Positions 1 through 11,410 of a stretch of DNA of 64,000 nucleotides are shown one piece after another (positions within the stretch are counted from its first letter, which is position 1; every line of letters begins with the position of its first letter). The position numbers and the translations under genes are program-made. The stretch is from Octopus vulgaris (Eukaryota), in the NCBI GenBank assembly GCA_951406725.2, contig OX597825.1, positions 79,856,001-79,920,000 of the forward strand. The letters run 5' to 3'. Under the pieces are notes generated by a model that worked only from the letters and a program-made list of their open reading frames with translations, was not told the origin of the DNA and ran no database searches.

Positions 1-427
1 CTGGCTTTTCTCAAAACTCAACTCTAAATTTAATGACAATTTAATAACTGCATCAAGAATATCTGAATGAGTTTAACCTTTTGTTACCACATTACTATTC
101 AAATAGTCTTTGTTTTAATTAATGTTGGAAATAATGAAGAATTCAGTTGAATAAATTTGTCCTTCTTAAGCTGATGTTTTGCAGTTTAATAACTGCACTA
201 AGAATATCTGAATGAAGGACAGAGAGTTAAGCAAGGTTAACAAACTTAATGTAGTAACACACCCACACCAAAATATCTAATTAACTCTTAATATCATACT
301 GAAAACTGTCCAAGTCAAAGTCCAGCTTTGTAATGATTCTGTGAAAGAACAAATTGATTGAGAAAGGATTAAAGTTTTCTCCTTTACATTAGACAGTTTC
401 TCATTTTCTTCAGAATGAATTCTTTTA

Positions 428-777
428 CATGAAGTATATTTGCCACCCAAATGTGGTTAACCCTTAAGGGTCGATGCTACTGTAGTTTGTAGCCCCAGAA
501 AATCATCTCCTCCAGCTGGCTATTGACACACTATCTGTGCTCTATCAGTATTTGCAAAGGGAAGTCATCATTCCCATCTCCAGCCTGACGTGATACATAT
601 GAACCCGAGTTTCTGGGTATTGACCTGTCATCAGCTTATGACAACCATCGGTTGGCAATGGGAAATGATTCTCAATGCAAATATATACTTTTTCCTGTGA
701 CGAAAAGTCACTGATCTCGAGTCAGTAGCATCAACCCTTAAGGGTTAGCCACATTTAGGTGGCAAATATACTTCACG
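428..777. mobile_element. Inverted-repeat (MITE-like) element, ~54-bp terminal IRs; paralog at 47051-47400
   Basis: catgaagtatatttgccacccaaatgtggttaacccttaagggtcgatgctactg (428-482) is the near-perfect reverse complement of 723-777. Confidence 0.6.
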
Positions 778-779
778 AT

Positions 780-1027
780 AGTACGTTTAAATATTTGTTG
801 TGCAAGATTTTTTATGTGAAGTCGTGTGTTGAAACAGATATTGTTATATTTCGGAATGGTCATATTGCCAGTTTAGCCAATAAAAACACACGCACTATAT
901 ATTTGGCCGAAATAAGATTAAGATTAATGTAAAAAATAAATATCACTGAAGCAAAATAACACCAAATATATAGTGCGTGTGTTTTTATTGGCTAAACTGG
1001 CAATATGACCATTCCGAAATATAACAA
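780..1027. mobile_element. Copy-A-specific 248-bp insertion with internal ~66-bp inverted repeat and 12-bp TSD
   Basis: TSD atacttcacgat at 768-779 and 1028-1039; single site in copy B near 47391-47402; 841-906 is the reverse complement of ~962-1027. Confidence 0.85.
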
Positions 1028-1089
1028 ATACTTCACGATGTTGTGCTGCTACTGTTTATATCTCGCTCAGAGATTTATTATTGAATTCT

Positions 1090-1468
1090 TTTACCTTTTA
1101 CCTTTTACTTGTTTCAGTCATTAAACTGTAGCCATGCTGGGGGCACCACCTTGAAGAATTCTAGTCAAACTAAACGACCTCAGCACTTAATATCCTTTAA
1201 GCCTGATACTTATTCTATCGGTGTGTTTTGCTGAATTAAGTTATGGGCATGTAAACACACCAATACCAGTTGTCAAGCAGTGGTTGGGAATGTACACAGA
1301 CACAAAGACACACATGCACCTATATATATATGTATAGATATATATATATGACAGGCTTCTTTCAGTTTCCATCTATCAAATCCACTCCTAAGGTTTTGGT
1401 TGGCCCGACACGATAGTAAGAGACACTTGCCCAAGGTGGAATGTAATGGGACTGAACCCGGAACCTGG
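1090..1468 (-). mobile_element. tRNA-derived SINE with internal (TA)n; paralog at 47452-49525 split by a Tc1
   Basis: Minus strand shows B-box-like ggttcagtccc and ccttgggcaagtgtct head and gactgaaacaagtaaaag tail; same family at 25158-25345/26515-26675. Confidence 0.75.
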
Positions 1469-1961
1469 AACAATGTGAAAATTTGTTTATTTACTTGTAG
1501 TATAGTGTCATAGTATAGGAATTTAAGCGTTAAAAATTACACTCATTATTGAAAGAAAAATCATTTGTATTAATAATAATCTTCAAAAGGAATAAAGACT
1601 ACTTCAACAAACTGTTTAAAAATTCTAATGGTACAATGTAACAGAAAGAATCTGAGATCTAGTTAGAACAGATATCACTATACTTTACTGCAGTGGTCTA
1701 ATAAGACAAAACATACCGAGGGTTAAACTCCATACTTACCAATAACCTGACTCTCTTCCTAAAGCATGTCTCCATTCAATTCTTTATCAATTTTTATTTT
1801 GACAGCAATTATCACAAAAAGTTATAGATTTCCTTTTAATTATATTAGTAATTTTTAATGAAGATAATTTTGCTTTTGATTATTAAGTTACATATATTAG
1901 GTTCCGTTTAAGTTTACATAAACTGTTGGTTAATTGAGTATCTTATTGTTTTCTTCTTTAG

Positions 1962-2025
1962 TTATTGGCCTCTCTGCAGTCCTCACGTCATTTTTGATCA
2001 TCATCATCATCATACTCTGTATCAG
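1962..2025 (+). CDS. Gene A (paralog) transmembrane exon, (V)IGLSAVLTSFLIIIIIILCI(R)
   Basis: ttcttctttag acceptor, cag|gtaaag donor, identical to 50020-50083. Confidence 0.88.
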
Positions 2026-2176
2026 GTAAAGCTTGTATATTATTAATCTATTTCCTTTTTGTGTTTATATGTGTGTGGGCTTATGTTTATGTGCATATAT
2101 GTGTTTGAATTTGTGTGTGTGTTTGTTTAAAGAACAGGAAATGGGACATTACCAAAGTATGTGCATGTGTGTAGGA

Positions 2177-2213
<37 letters not shown>

Positions 2214-2754
2214 CAAAGGTAATAAACACAACAAACGGAAATCATCAAAGTTAAATTTGCAGGAAAAGGATGATAGTACAACAACAGCAAACAGTACAAA
2301 ACAAGATACACAGATCATTCGCAGCCAATTGCTTCTTCAATTGGAGTCTAGAATGTCCATATAGTTTGGTCTGATTCTCTTTAATACTACTTGAAACCAG
2401 TTGGGTCAAGGGCTTAAGCTGAAGTCATTAAGCCCCTGAGCAAGGCAAATGAATGTACATATACAAACACAAGGAAATGACAAACAGACAGGGTCTTTCA
2501 ACTATCAAACGAATGTAACAAGAAATAGAATTATACATATACAATGGACCAAAGGAAAATAATTATTCAATTACAACAAAAATAAAACTAAGCAGAGTCT
2601 TTCTCCTATTAGACAGTGTAAGTAAGCTAGCTCAAGGGAAAAGGAAAGGGAAAATTTTAACCAGCCAGGTGGTGAGACAGAACAGATGTGACTGACCTCA
2701 AAGGCAGTCAGCAGAAGAAGGATGACAATGCATAAACCAGACAGCAATATATGA

Positions 2755-2875
2755 ATATATATTATGTTATATTATATTATATTACATTATTATTATATTA
2801 TATTATATTATATTATATTATATTATATTATATTATATCATATCATATCATGTTATATTATATATATAGATATAG
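2755..2875. repeat. (ATTAT)n microsatellite; paralog ~50815-50935
   Basis: Direct reading. Confidence 0.9.
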
Positions 2876-2876
2876 A

Positions 2877-3600
2877 TATTGGATTGGCCAAAAAACTTGT
2901 GCCTAGTTTTAATCAAAAATTAGGCACAAGTTTTAAACAAAATGATTTATTCAATCAATGATATAATCATATTTTTGTTCCAGTATCTTCCAATATCCAT
3001 TATACCTTGTTCGATGAATTTCTTGACTTTACTAGCATAAAAAATTTTCATGATGAATTTTTACATTCTCCTCAGAGTTGAAGGTCTGTTCATTTAATGA
3101 ATTTTGAAGAAACTTAAACAGGTGGAAATCTGAAGGCACCAGTTCAATATTTGAATATTGAGGGTGTGGCAAATTAACCCAGCCAATCCCTAGTAAATTC
3201 TGTCATGTCTACATAGAAGTGTGCAGTCTGGCATTGTCCTAATGAAAGACATTACCCTAATGATTAGCAAGTGCTGGATGCTTCTGGTGGATCACTGCAT
3301 TTAATTTGTCCAGCTAGTTATGGTACACATCAGAATTGATAGCCCTATCTGTCCAAAGTAGCGTGTAAAAGATGACATCTTTCCAGTTCCACCTAACTGA
3401 AAACATAATCTTCTTTAGGCAAAGTCCTGCTTTGGAGGTTGTTTGTGGTAGTTTGCAGCACTTCCCTTGCGATATTTTGTGCTTTACATCATTATAGATT
3501 ATCTAACTTCAGTCTGTGAACTTGTGAGAAAACAGGATGTATTTTGCATGCTCAGGACTACTCTGAAAATGGAGACTGAAAACAAAAATTATCAACACCT
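2877..3600 (-). mobile_element. Decayed mariner element; paralog ~50936-51660
   Basis: TIR-like tattggattggccaaaaa; minus strand near 3120-3170 encodes HPQYS..LVPSDFHLF, a decayed HPPYSPDLAPSDFHLF mariner motif. Confidence 0.6.
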
Positions 3601-3728
3601 CACGCTGTTTTATTTTTAAAAAATCAAGACAAGAAAAGTAGCAGAAACCTACAGGAAGATATGCACCGTGTACAGAAAGGATGCTGTTGCAGAGCATGTC
3701 TCAGAAATAGTTTTCAAGATTTCAATCA

Positions 3729-3850
3729 GGCATGGCCTAGTGGTTAGTGTGTTGCATTCATGATTGTCAGATGATGGGTTCAATTCCCAGATTGGGTGGT
3801 GTGTGGTGTTTTTGAGCAAAGCACTTCACTTCACATTACTCTAGTGCTGA
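3729..3850 (+). mobile_element. SINE tRNA-like head
   Basis: A-box tggcctagtgg, B-box gggttcaattccc, followed by ttgagcaaagcacttc SINE body. Confidence 0.65.
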
Positions 3851-4599
3851 GTAGGGACCAGTTAATCAAAAAATAAGATCAAGCGTTTCCTTTGTGCATC
3901 ATAAAATGTATGTTGTTTTGACTTGCTATAAAGGATGGACTACAGCAAATATTCTGCTCAATACCACAGATTTGCTCGTCAGTTGCTTGATCTTAACTAG
4001 TTGAGCATTATTTGCTTTTGTGGCTGACAATATGTGCATCTCTAATCATGAGCAGAAGTAATGGGGGAGCATCATAGCCATGTGTTGAGGGGAATTCTTT
4101 GGTGCTTGAATAATTCACGCCGGAACTATGGGTGTTTTGTTCATCCTTAAAAAAACCTTATTTGGGGATCTTTTGAGCAGGATAGGCTACTCAACCTGAA
4201 GAAAATTCTAACTGGACCTTACCTGCAAGGTCATGTATTGTTTATGTTGATGAGATCAACATGCTGTACACATATGGTTGTGATGCATAGATCTGGTGTA
4301 CCCTTATCAGATGGGTATTCATGATGGGCATATTGGGCTTTGTATATATATATATATACTCACAAACAAGCGTGCATTCCCATACACAAGCACACTTACA
4401 CAAATATGCATGCATACATATAAGTGGGTGTTTGTATGCACAGGGCAAAAAAATCAGTGAGAAATGGGGAGAGAGAAAGAGAGAGATGTTTTCATCTAGT
4501 TGTACATACATACAGACAGACAGACATATACGCACACAGGTGTGCATGTGCACACACCCACACACATACCTTTCACCACACATATATTGTCTATTGCAG

Positions 4600-5130
4600 A
4601 TATAATATACTCAAAAACAAAAGAAGCAAAGATTACATGCCAACTCATCAAGTCTGTCAAGTCAACCAAGTCAATCAAGCTGATAAAGTTGATGAAATCG
4701 ACCAAGCTGATCAAGTTGATGAAATTGGCCAAGATTATGAAGTCTATGAAACCATTCGTTTGCTTTTATATATTTAAAGAAGGCAGTAGCAAATATTTTG
4801 ACATATACAAAGTAGGAATTTTCACCTTTTTGAATTCTGTGTTTGCTTTTATATTTTAAGAGACAGTAGCAAATATTTTGACATATTCAAAGTAAGAATT
4901 TTCACCTTTTTGAATTCTGTGTTTGCTTTTATATTTTAAGAAGACAGTAGCAAATATTTTGACATATACAAAGTAGGAATTTTCACCTTTTTGAATTCTG
5001 TGTTTGCTTTTTATCAGACTCAGTTTATGACCAAGAAATTGGATTTCAATTATCCTCTCTACAGCAAAACCCTGGGGGTCCATATGAAAACCAAAATCCA
5101 GGATCAGCGCATTACATCACGGTAATTTGA
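4600..5130 (+). CDS. Gene A terminal (cytoplasmic tail) exon, interrupted by insertion 4758-5017; ends at TAA 4775-4777 if unspliced or TGA 5128-5130 if the insert is spliced out
   Basis: ctattgcag acceptor at 4599; paralogous to 56561-56867; YNILKNKRSKDYMPTHQVCQ...DYEVYETI then SVYDQEIGFQLSSLQQNPGGPYENQNPGSAHYITVI*. Confidence 0.75.
4758..5013 (+). repeat. ~3 units of the 81-bp exon-6-junction minisatellite inserted in gene A last exon
   Basis: gtagcaaatattttgacata at 4786, 4866, 4947; same unit as 36311-36620; absent at the equivalent position (~56714-56755) in gene B. Confidence 0.95.
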
Positions 5131-5236
5131 TGACATTGATGAAAAAGTAGTGCTATAGATAGAAACCCCTCCTCATCTCGTTGATAATCCTGATATTGAA
5201 CAACTCTACACACAACTAATCACACACACACACACA

Positions 5237-5350
5237 TTTGCTTTTATATTTTAAGAAGACAGTAGCAAATATTTTGACATATACAAAGTAGGAATTTTCA
5301 TCTTTTTGAGATTCTGTGTTTGCTTTTTTATATTTTAAAGAAAGACAGTA
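5237..5350 (+). repeat. Second insertion (~1.4 units) of the 81-bp minisatellite, in gene A 3' UTR
   Basis: tttgcttttatattttaagaagacagtagc...aaagacagta replaces agagtcataaatg seen at ~56971-56983 in copy B. Confidence 0.9.
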
Positions 5351-5423
5351 TTACAGAGAAACAATTTGATGAAATTTTACTTAGCAATAAGAAAATTTCT
5401 AAGATCTTGCATGCCTTCATTAA

Positions 5424-5643
5424 CCCTTTAGCGTTCAAATTAATATGTCATAAGTAATCCTTATTCATTTACAATTAAAAAAATTTATTTGATATTATCT
5501 TGTAGTTTCAAAATTTGAAAGATGTAATTGTTTGTTTTTAGAATGACATTGCAGGGTAGGTGTGAGATACTGGTTCTGGCCAGTTTGAGCATAAAATGAG
5601 TAGAATATTCAGGCCGGATATAGCCGGTTTAAACACTAAAGGG
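5424..5643. mobile_element. piggyBac-type MITE (TTAA site), copy A only
   Basis: TTAA-ccctttagcgttcaaa ... tttaaacactaaaggg-TTAA; single TTAA empty site at 57051-57054. Confidence 0.88.
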
Positions 5644-5732
5644 TTAATGCAAAATGTAAAAAATCCTACAAAATAGTGCTTTTTTATGAGTACTACAAGA
5701 TTACTTGAATCCATGTATTGTAACTTAAATAT

Positions 5733-5769
<37 letters not shown>

Positions 5770-6140
5770 AATGTAAATTTAATAAAAGAAAATGGGGAAA
5801 AAAGAATATTGTGGATACTTGGTTAAATTTATTTGAAATCACATTGAGAAAGTATTACATATAAGATTCAGGATATGAAGGGATCGGATCAATGAAAGAA
5901 ATAAGCAAAGAATTAACTTTACATATGTTTCAGTCTGGTTTTAAGTTTGAATTATCAGCATTCAAACTATTTTAGATGTAAAAAAAAGCCCATATTTAGT
6001 CAGATATCTTCAAAAGTAGATGTGTACTTTCAGGTGTTGAACAATGAAATAAATCAAGGTGACGACTGTGTTTTCAAATATTCAAACATAAACAATAATT
6101 TATAAGGATGTCAAGTTCATGTGAGGAGATATTATACATT

Positions 6141-6265
6141 CCTTTCTACTCTAGGCACAAGGCCTGACATTTTGGGGGAGGAGGCCAGTCAATTAAATCG
6201 ACCCTAGTATGCAACTGGTACTTAATTTATCAACCCCGAAAGGATGAAAGGTAAAGCCGACCTCA
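6141..6265 (-). mobile_element. 5'-truncated SINE with 15-bp TSD; paralog ~57533-57657
   Basis: TSD gagatattatacatt at 6126-6140 and 6266-6280; related + strand fragment at 15455-15595. Confidence 0.85.
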
Positions 6266-6546
6266 GAGATATTATACATTGAAATTTTGCTAAAATACTA
6301 TAACATATTTGAAAAATATACATATAAGGGATTAAGGGACATAAATAAGTTATTTAATTATAATAATGAGAGATAAAATAGACTTTTGAGGGGAAAAAAC
6401 AGAAATGATTTTGGGAAATAAAAGAGGAAAATAACTCTATATGTACTATAAGTATTATCTATAATTTCTATGTACTAACATATTATTTTTAATACTACCT
6501 CACCAAATATGTTACATGCAGTCTAGATAACACACATATTAAAATA

Positions 6547-7038
6547 AATTAAACAAATTGTCAAGATTATAGCAAAAAAGATAATTCTTCTTTAGCAAAA
6601 GGTATCTATCCCTTGTGTTATGACTGAGTCAGTTAAACTGAAAATCTTAAACTTTCCTTTGCTGATGTAGAAGTGTGACTGTGATCTGGCCGATTCTTTA
6701 TAATCAACCTCTGAACATTCTGTTTAGATACTGCTTGATCTATTCTGCCAATGATTATTTTTTGATTTGTCTGTTGATCATATAGAAAATCGTGTTCTTT
6801 CTGTGGTACTTTTTTGCCTCTGCAGGAATTGTCAAATAAAATTTTTAAACACATTACATTCTGTTTGAAACAATGGTACATTTTTTTCTACTTTTCACAG
6901 ATTTTAGTAATGCTTGGTACTTTAGATAAAAGTTTAAGATTTTTGGTTTAACTGACTCAATCATAGCTCAAGGGATTGATGTCTTTTGCCAAAGAAGAAT
7001 TATCTTTTCCGCTACAATCTTGACAATTTGTTTAATTG
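6547..7038. mobile_element. DNA-transposase-like fragment bracketed by ~110-bp inverted duplication; paralog ~57939-58430
   Basis: 6547-6655 is the imperfect reverse complement of 6929-7038; ORF 6633-6881 has LFD..C..KKVP..E..FL.DQ....K..IG.ID, a motif I associate with invertebrate DNA transposases (family not assigned). Confidence 0.45.
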
Positions 7039-7677
7039 AAGGATCTCTCTCAACTACATTCTTTTCTTTTTCTCATTCAAATCAAAAATACATTAGTATG
7101 TACTTGTAAGTTGACAAAACTTGCTCGCTAAGATCACATGGAGTACCAAATATTGGGCATTCAGTACCAAGATGTATGATTGGTTTATGAGGTCATCACT
7201 ACATGTAAACAACACTAAATTTAACACGATCATTAATTTTAATGCAATGGCCTAAAGTCAAAGTACAAAGCAGAAAACTTCACACACGTACGACATACAT
7301 CTATACACAATGACTGTTGCAGTGGCACTGGAGAGAAGCTCACACTCCCATTCTCTTTTAGTCAATGTGGAACCTCAAGATATTAGCCAGTTGTATTGAA
7401 ATTTGGCATGCAACCTCTTAAGTATACTATACTTACTGTTTTGCATTCTGCTATGTAGAAATATGTATTTGTTACAACTTATAATCCATGAAATCTAAAA
7501 TTCAACCAAAAATAGTGATTTTAAAAATTTTCAATTGCTTTGCGGAGCCTGAAAAAATATTTAACTGCAAAGTTTCTTTAAACCCTAATTTGCAACAAAA
7601 TATTGATTTTTGGTTTCAATAATTGTTGCATTGGGTGTGGCAGCACACCCAATACGACAACTACTATATGCCACTGA

Positions 7678-7711
<34 letters not shown>

Positions 7712-7747
7712 TAAAACAAATATGAAAATGGAAAAAAAAGAAATAGA

Positions 7748-8590
7748 CTAAAAACATTCGGACAGATAGACAATACAAAGGCAGACAAGAGAAACAACAG
7801 TTAGAAAGACAGGCAAAAAAAGACAGGTCATTCATGGCCTTCTTTCTTCAGTCAAGTACCAGGCATCATGACCATTTCAGGCAGTTACACTTGAGGTGGT
7901 TCGATCTGGTTGCCTCCAAAAAAGTCTAAGCTAAGAGCATTAGACCCCGTTGTAAGAAAGCTAGCGAATGTGTACGACAACAAAGACAAAAAACGGAGAA
8001 CATGGTACACAATTACGAATACAAACAAAAGAAATAACAACAGGTGTCTTTCGACTGAGAACGAATCAAACTGAGCTGGTGTGTATGGCGAGCCTAAAGG
8101 CAGGAACATAGAAGATGGACATAAGAGGTGTTGGCAGTTGATGGTCAGGCCAAGAAAGAAAGGTCATGGCTGGCCAGGACACTGGTCTTATGGAAGGAGG
8201 AGAGATGGGTAGGGGGCAGTGGGATTGAAGGATTAGAAAAAAAATCAGACAAAGAAAAAGGTACAGGGGAAATAAACAAGTGGGAAATAGTGGTCGTTAA
8301 AGAAAGAGAGGGCCAAGAAATGTGAGAGAGGAGAGAGAAAAAAGGAAGACAGAGAGAGGGGACTACAAGATAGAGTAAGAGTCATACAAAATTTAGATAC
8401 ACACCTACTATAAGGTGAGCACAAGTGTGTATGTACGCTGCTATATGTATATATAAATATAAAAATTGAACAAAAATGCAATAGAGGACACTAAAAACAT
8501 TCAGACAGATCGACGATACAAAAGTGGACAAGAGAAACAACAATTACAAGGACAGGCAAAAAAGCAGGTTATTCGTAGCCTTCTTTCTTC
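7748..8590. mobile_element. Decayed element with ~100-bp direct terminal repeats (Penelope pLTR-like); paralog ~59139-59980
   Basis: actaaaaacattc(g/a)gacagat...gccttctttcttc at 7748-7850 and 8490-8590. Confidence 0.45.
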
Positions 8591-8829
8591 ATGACAATAA
8601 AATGTCCATGTTTAACAATTTGGCTGTTTAAAGAAGTTTTGGAAATTATTTTTTTACTCTTTCAATCAATGATGCTTTCACCAATAAAATTTGAATAATA
8701 TATTATGTCATGAATAATTTTATAACTAATACATTGAACAATTTCTCATTATTCTTAAATTAAGAATAAAAAAAAAAATTAAATTATTTCTCCTGTTTAA
8801 ATTTATTATTTATTTATGCATTTATATAT

Positions 8830-9015
8830 TTATTAGTATTGTTGTAAATACACTCCTTAGAGCTTCTGATTTCACTTGCTCTGGCTGATTCTGTAAGAGT
8901 GGGAAACGACCTATGATCAAGGGTCAAACAGTATCTTCTTACATGAGACCTAACATTAAACTGTCTCAAAATCCTTGCTGTCCCCAATAAAGTAGTTTTC
9001 TGAGCATATTCTGTC
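8830..9015 (-). mobile_element. 3' end of a restriction-like-endonuclease non-LTR retrotransposon (R4/Dong-like)
   Basis: C-terminal AQKTTLLGTARILRQ motif followed by A-rich tail. Confidence 0.5.
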
Positions 9016-10619
9016 CTCATATTAATCCAAGATTTTTCATCTTGTACTGGGGACCAGCACGAGCTCTGCGGAGCATGTTGAACATGTGGCTGATGCTGTT
9101 CTTTGCTGCTGCCTCTAGGCACTTGGCTTTTTCTGTCCAGAATGTCTCCCACTTATCTGTGATGGCCTTGTTGCATATCCATTTGAGGTGGTGGTACTTA
9201 TTCATTTTACTGTGCTGGTGAGCCTTGTAGTGGCAGTTGATTCTCTCCTGCATCTGCTATGAAATTCAGGGTCACTTAGAAAGAGGTCTTGAGTTTACCA
9301 AGACATCAAGTGCAGACTAGTTGATACTTGATTTAAAGAGATCCCAGTTATTGGTCTCATCCTTGACCAGAGTGTTGAAGTGATTGGCAATATAATGTGT
9401 AAGAGTAGAAGTGATGTTGGGATCACAGAAACAGGATGAGTTAAGGCGGACCTGGTACTTTGTGGTGGGGCCCACTTCAACTTGAGTGTCACAGTCGGCA
9501 GTTAATGGTTGGTATTGCTGAGTTGATCTCTGTAGACCTGGCAGTTAGTGAGAAATTACCTCCAGCAGTGGGAGATGATGATGTAGTCAATTGCCTACAA
9601 TTAGAGATTGTTGTCGTGGCTTAGGAGATGCTGGTGATTATTGCTGTCACTGGCGAATGGGTTGGTGTAGGTTGTATCAATAGACTGGTCTGGAGTGGGC
9701 TGGTCGAAATTTGGAGTAATTTATATTTGAGGTATTTTCTCCCTAAGTTCACTCTGCTACAATAATAGCAATAGGCATGTAATTTTTTTATCCTCTAGTT
9801 CTGATGAAAAACTTAATATGATCAGTAGGGTAGAACATCTTAGAAAGGAAAATAGTGTAATCACCAAAAATATGATGAAGTCAGACTAAATAGGCAGGAG
9901 TTATCATGGAAAAGTATTACATATAGCACACCATGTACCATAACATGCAATGCATTTCAATTCACCATATGACATAATATCCCATGATTTTATTATATTT
10001 AATACTAGAGGGTAAGTTTATAATGAATATGACACCAAAATTAACTTCCACCATCATAGTTTAAGTATGGCACTGATCATATTATGACACCAACTCTAGT
10101 GAAGTTCCTATATAGCTTACAGGACAATGAAACCTGGTGGGAGGTGGTGGTCAGCTTTATGCTAGATGAGGGGTTAAAGCATGAGAGAGTGAGAGGGAGA
10201 GTAGAGTAGGGTTCTTGTGGGGGATCTGTATGGTTCCTCACATTTAGCAGGAGACAGGGAAAAAGAGAAAATGAATTGAACAGTTGGACCTTCAAAGAGA
10301 TAATGGTGAATAGAGGTCCAGGTGTTCCCCACAAGGCAAAAGGTGAACAGAAGTTGGTGGGTGGGTGGGTGATTTACGAGATTGCATATGGGAGCAGGAG
10401 ATGAGAGTATGGAGAGGCAGATTGAAACTGTAAAAATTGGGTCAGTTTGAAGAATGGATGATTGATGAGCCATGAATTGAGGAAGAAAGAGGCAGCAGGG
10501 TAATAATGATGATACATTTGGCCAAAGATGGAAAGAGAGAGAGAGAGAGAGAGACATTGTTTCAAAGGTGGGGGTGAATCACTGTAACTTATGGGTGGAG
10601 AGCATATTAAACATAGCAC

Positions 10620-11410
10620 TTTCTAGACTTAGTTTCACTGAGGAGGGTGTGTCTTTTTGAGAACCTCATATTGTCAGACATTCCAGCCTTTTGTCAGCTT
10701 CTCTGTGAGACTTAGGGTCCTGAGGACAGCCTTCACTACTTTATCCCATGTCTTTCTGTATCTCCCTCTTCTGCAAGTTCCACCCATATTTAGCAATCTG
10801 CACTTCTTTGTATAGCTCTCCTTGTCCAGGCGCATCACATATCCATACTAGCACAATCATCTTTCTTGCACACACCATCTGATACGTCTAATGCCCAATT
10901 TTCTCTCAGCACTTTTTTCCTGTGTCTTTCATGCACACTCACATTGAATATCTAGCAGAGCATGCTCACCTCATCTTTTCTAATCCTCTGAATTCAAAGC
11001 CCATGTCTCAATATCATGCAGTATTGCACTTCTAATACAAGCATCATACAATCTACCCTTCACTCTTAGGAAAAAGACCTTTGTTGTCAGCAATGGTGGT
11101 AACTCCCTGAACTTTCTCCGACCTGTTCTTATTTTTGCTACTATACTTTCAAAGCAGCTGCCTTCTTTGCTAATAACATCCTCAAAGGAATAAAAGCTAT
11201 CACCTACTTGTCCTAAGCCATCTGGACACTTAAGAGAAACGATTTCCTGTAAACTCCTACATATTGCTTCAGTGTATCTATTATGTATGAAGCTTATGTT
11301 TATTCTATTTCTGTATATTGAGCAAGGCCATTTCCCAGATGGTACCAGGGTCATGCCTTCTTTCCTACTTACTAAAATTTTCGACTTTGTTAGGTTTACC
11401 ATTAAGCCCT
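10620..11410 (-). mobile_element. RTE-clade LINE fragment; paralog 61521-62300
   Basis: VNLTKSKIL..GKWPC..RVKGRLYDACIRSAILHDIETWAL, homologous to RTE copies at 30741-31661 and 43619-45910. Confidence 0.85.

Noticed and set aside
3729-3800. tRNA gene
   Set aside because: A and B boxes present but no intact cloverleaf, and it continues into SINE body
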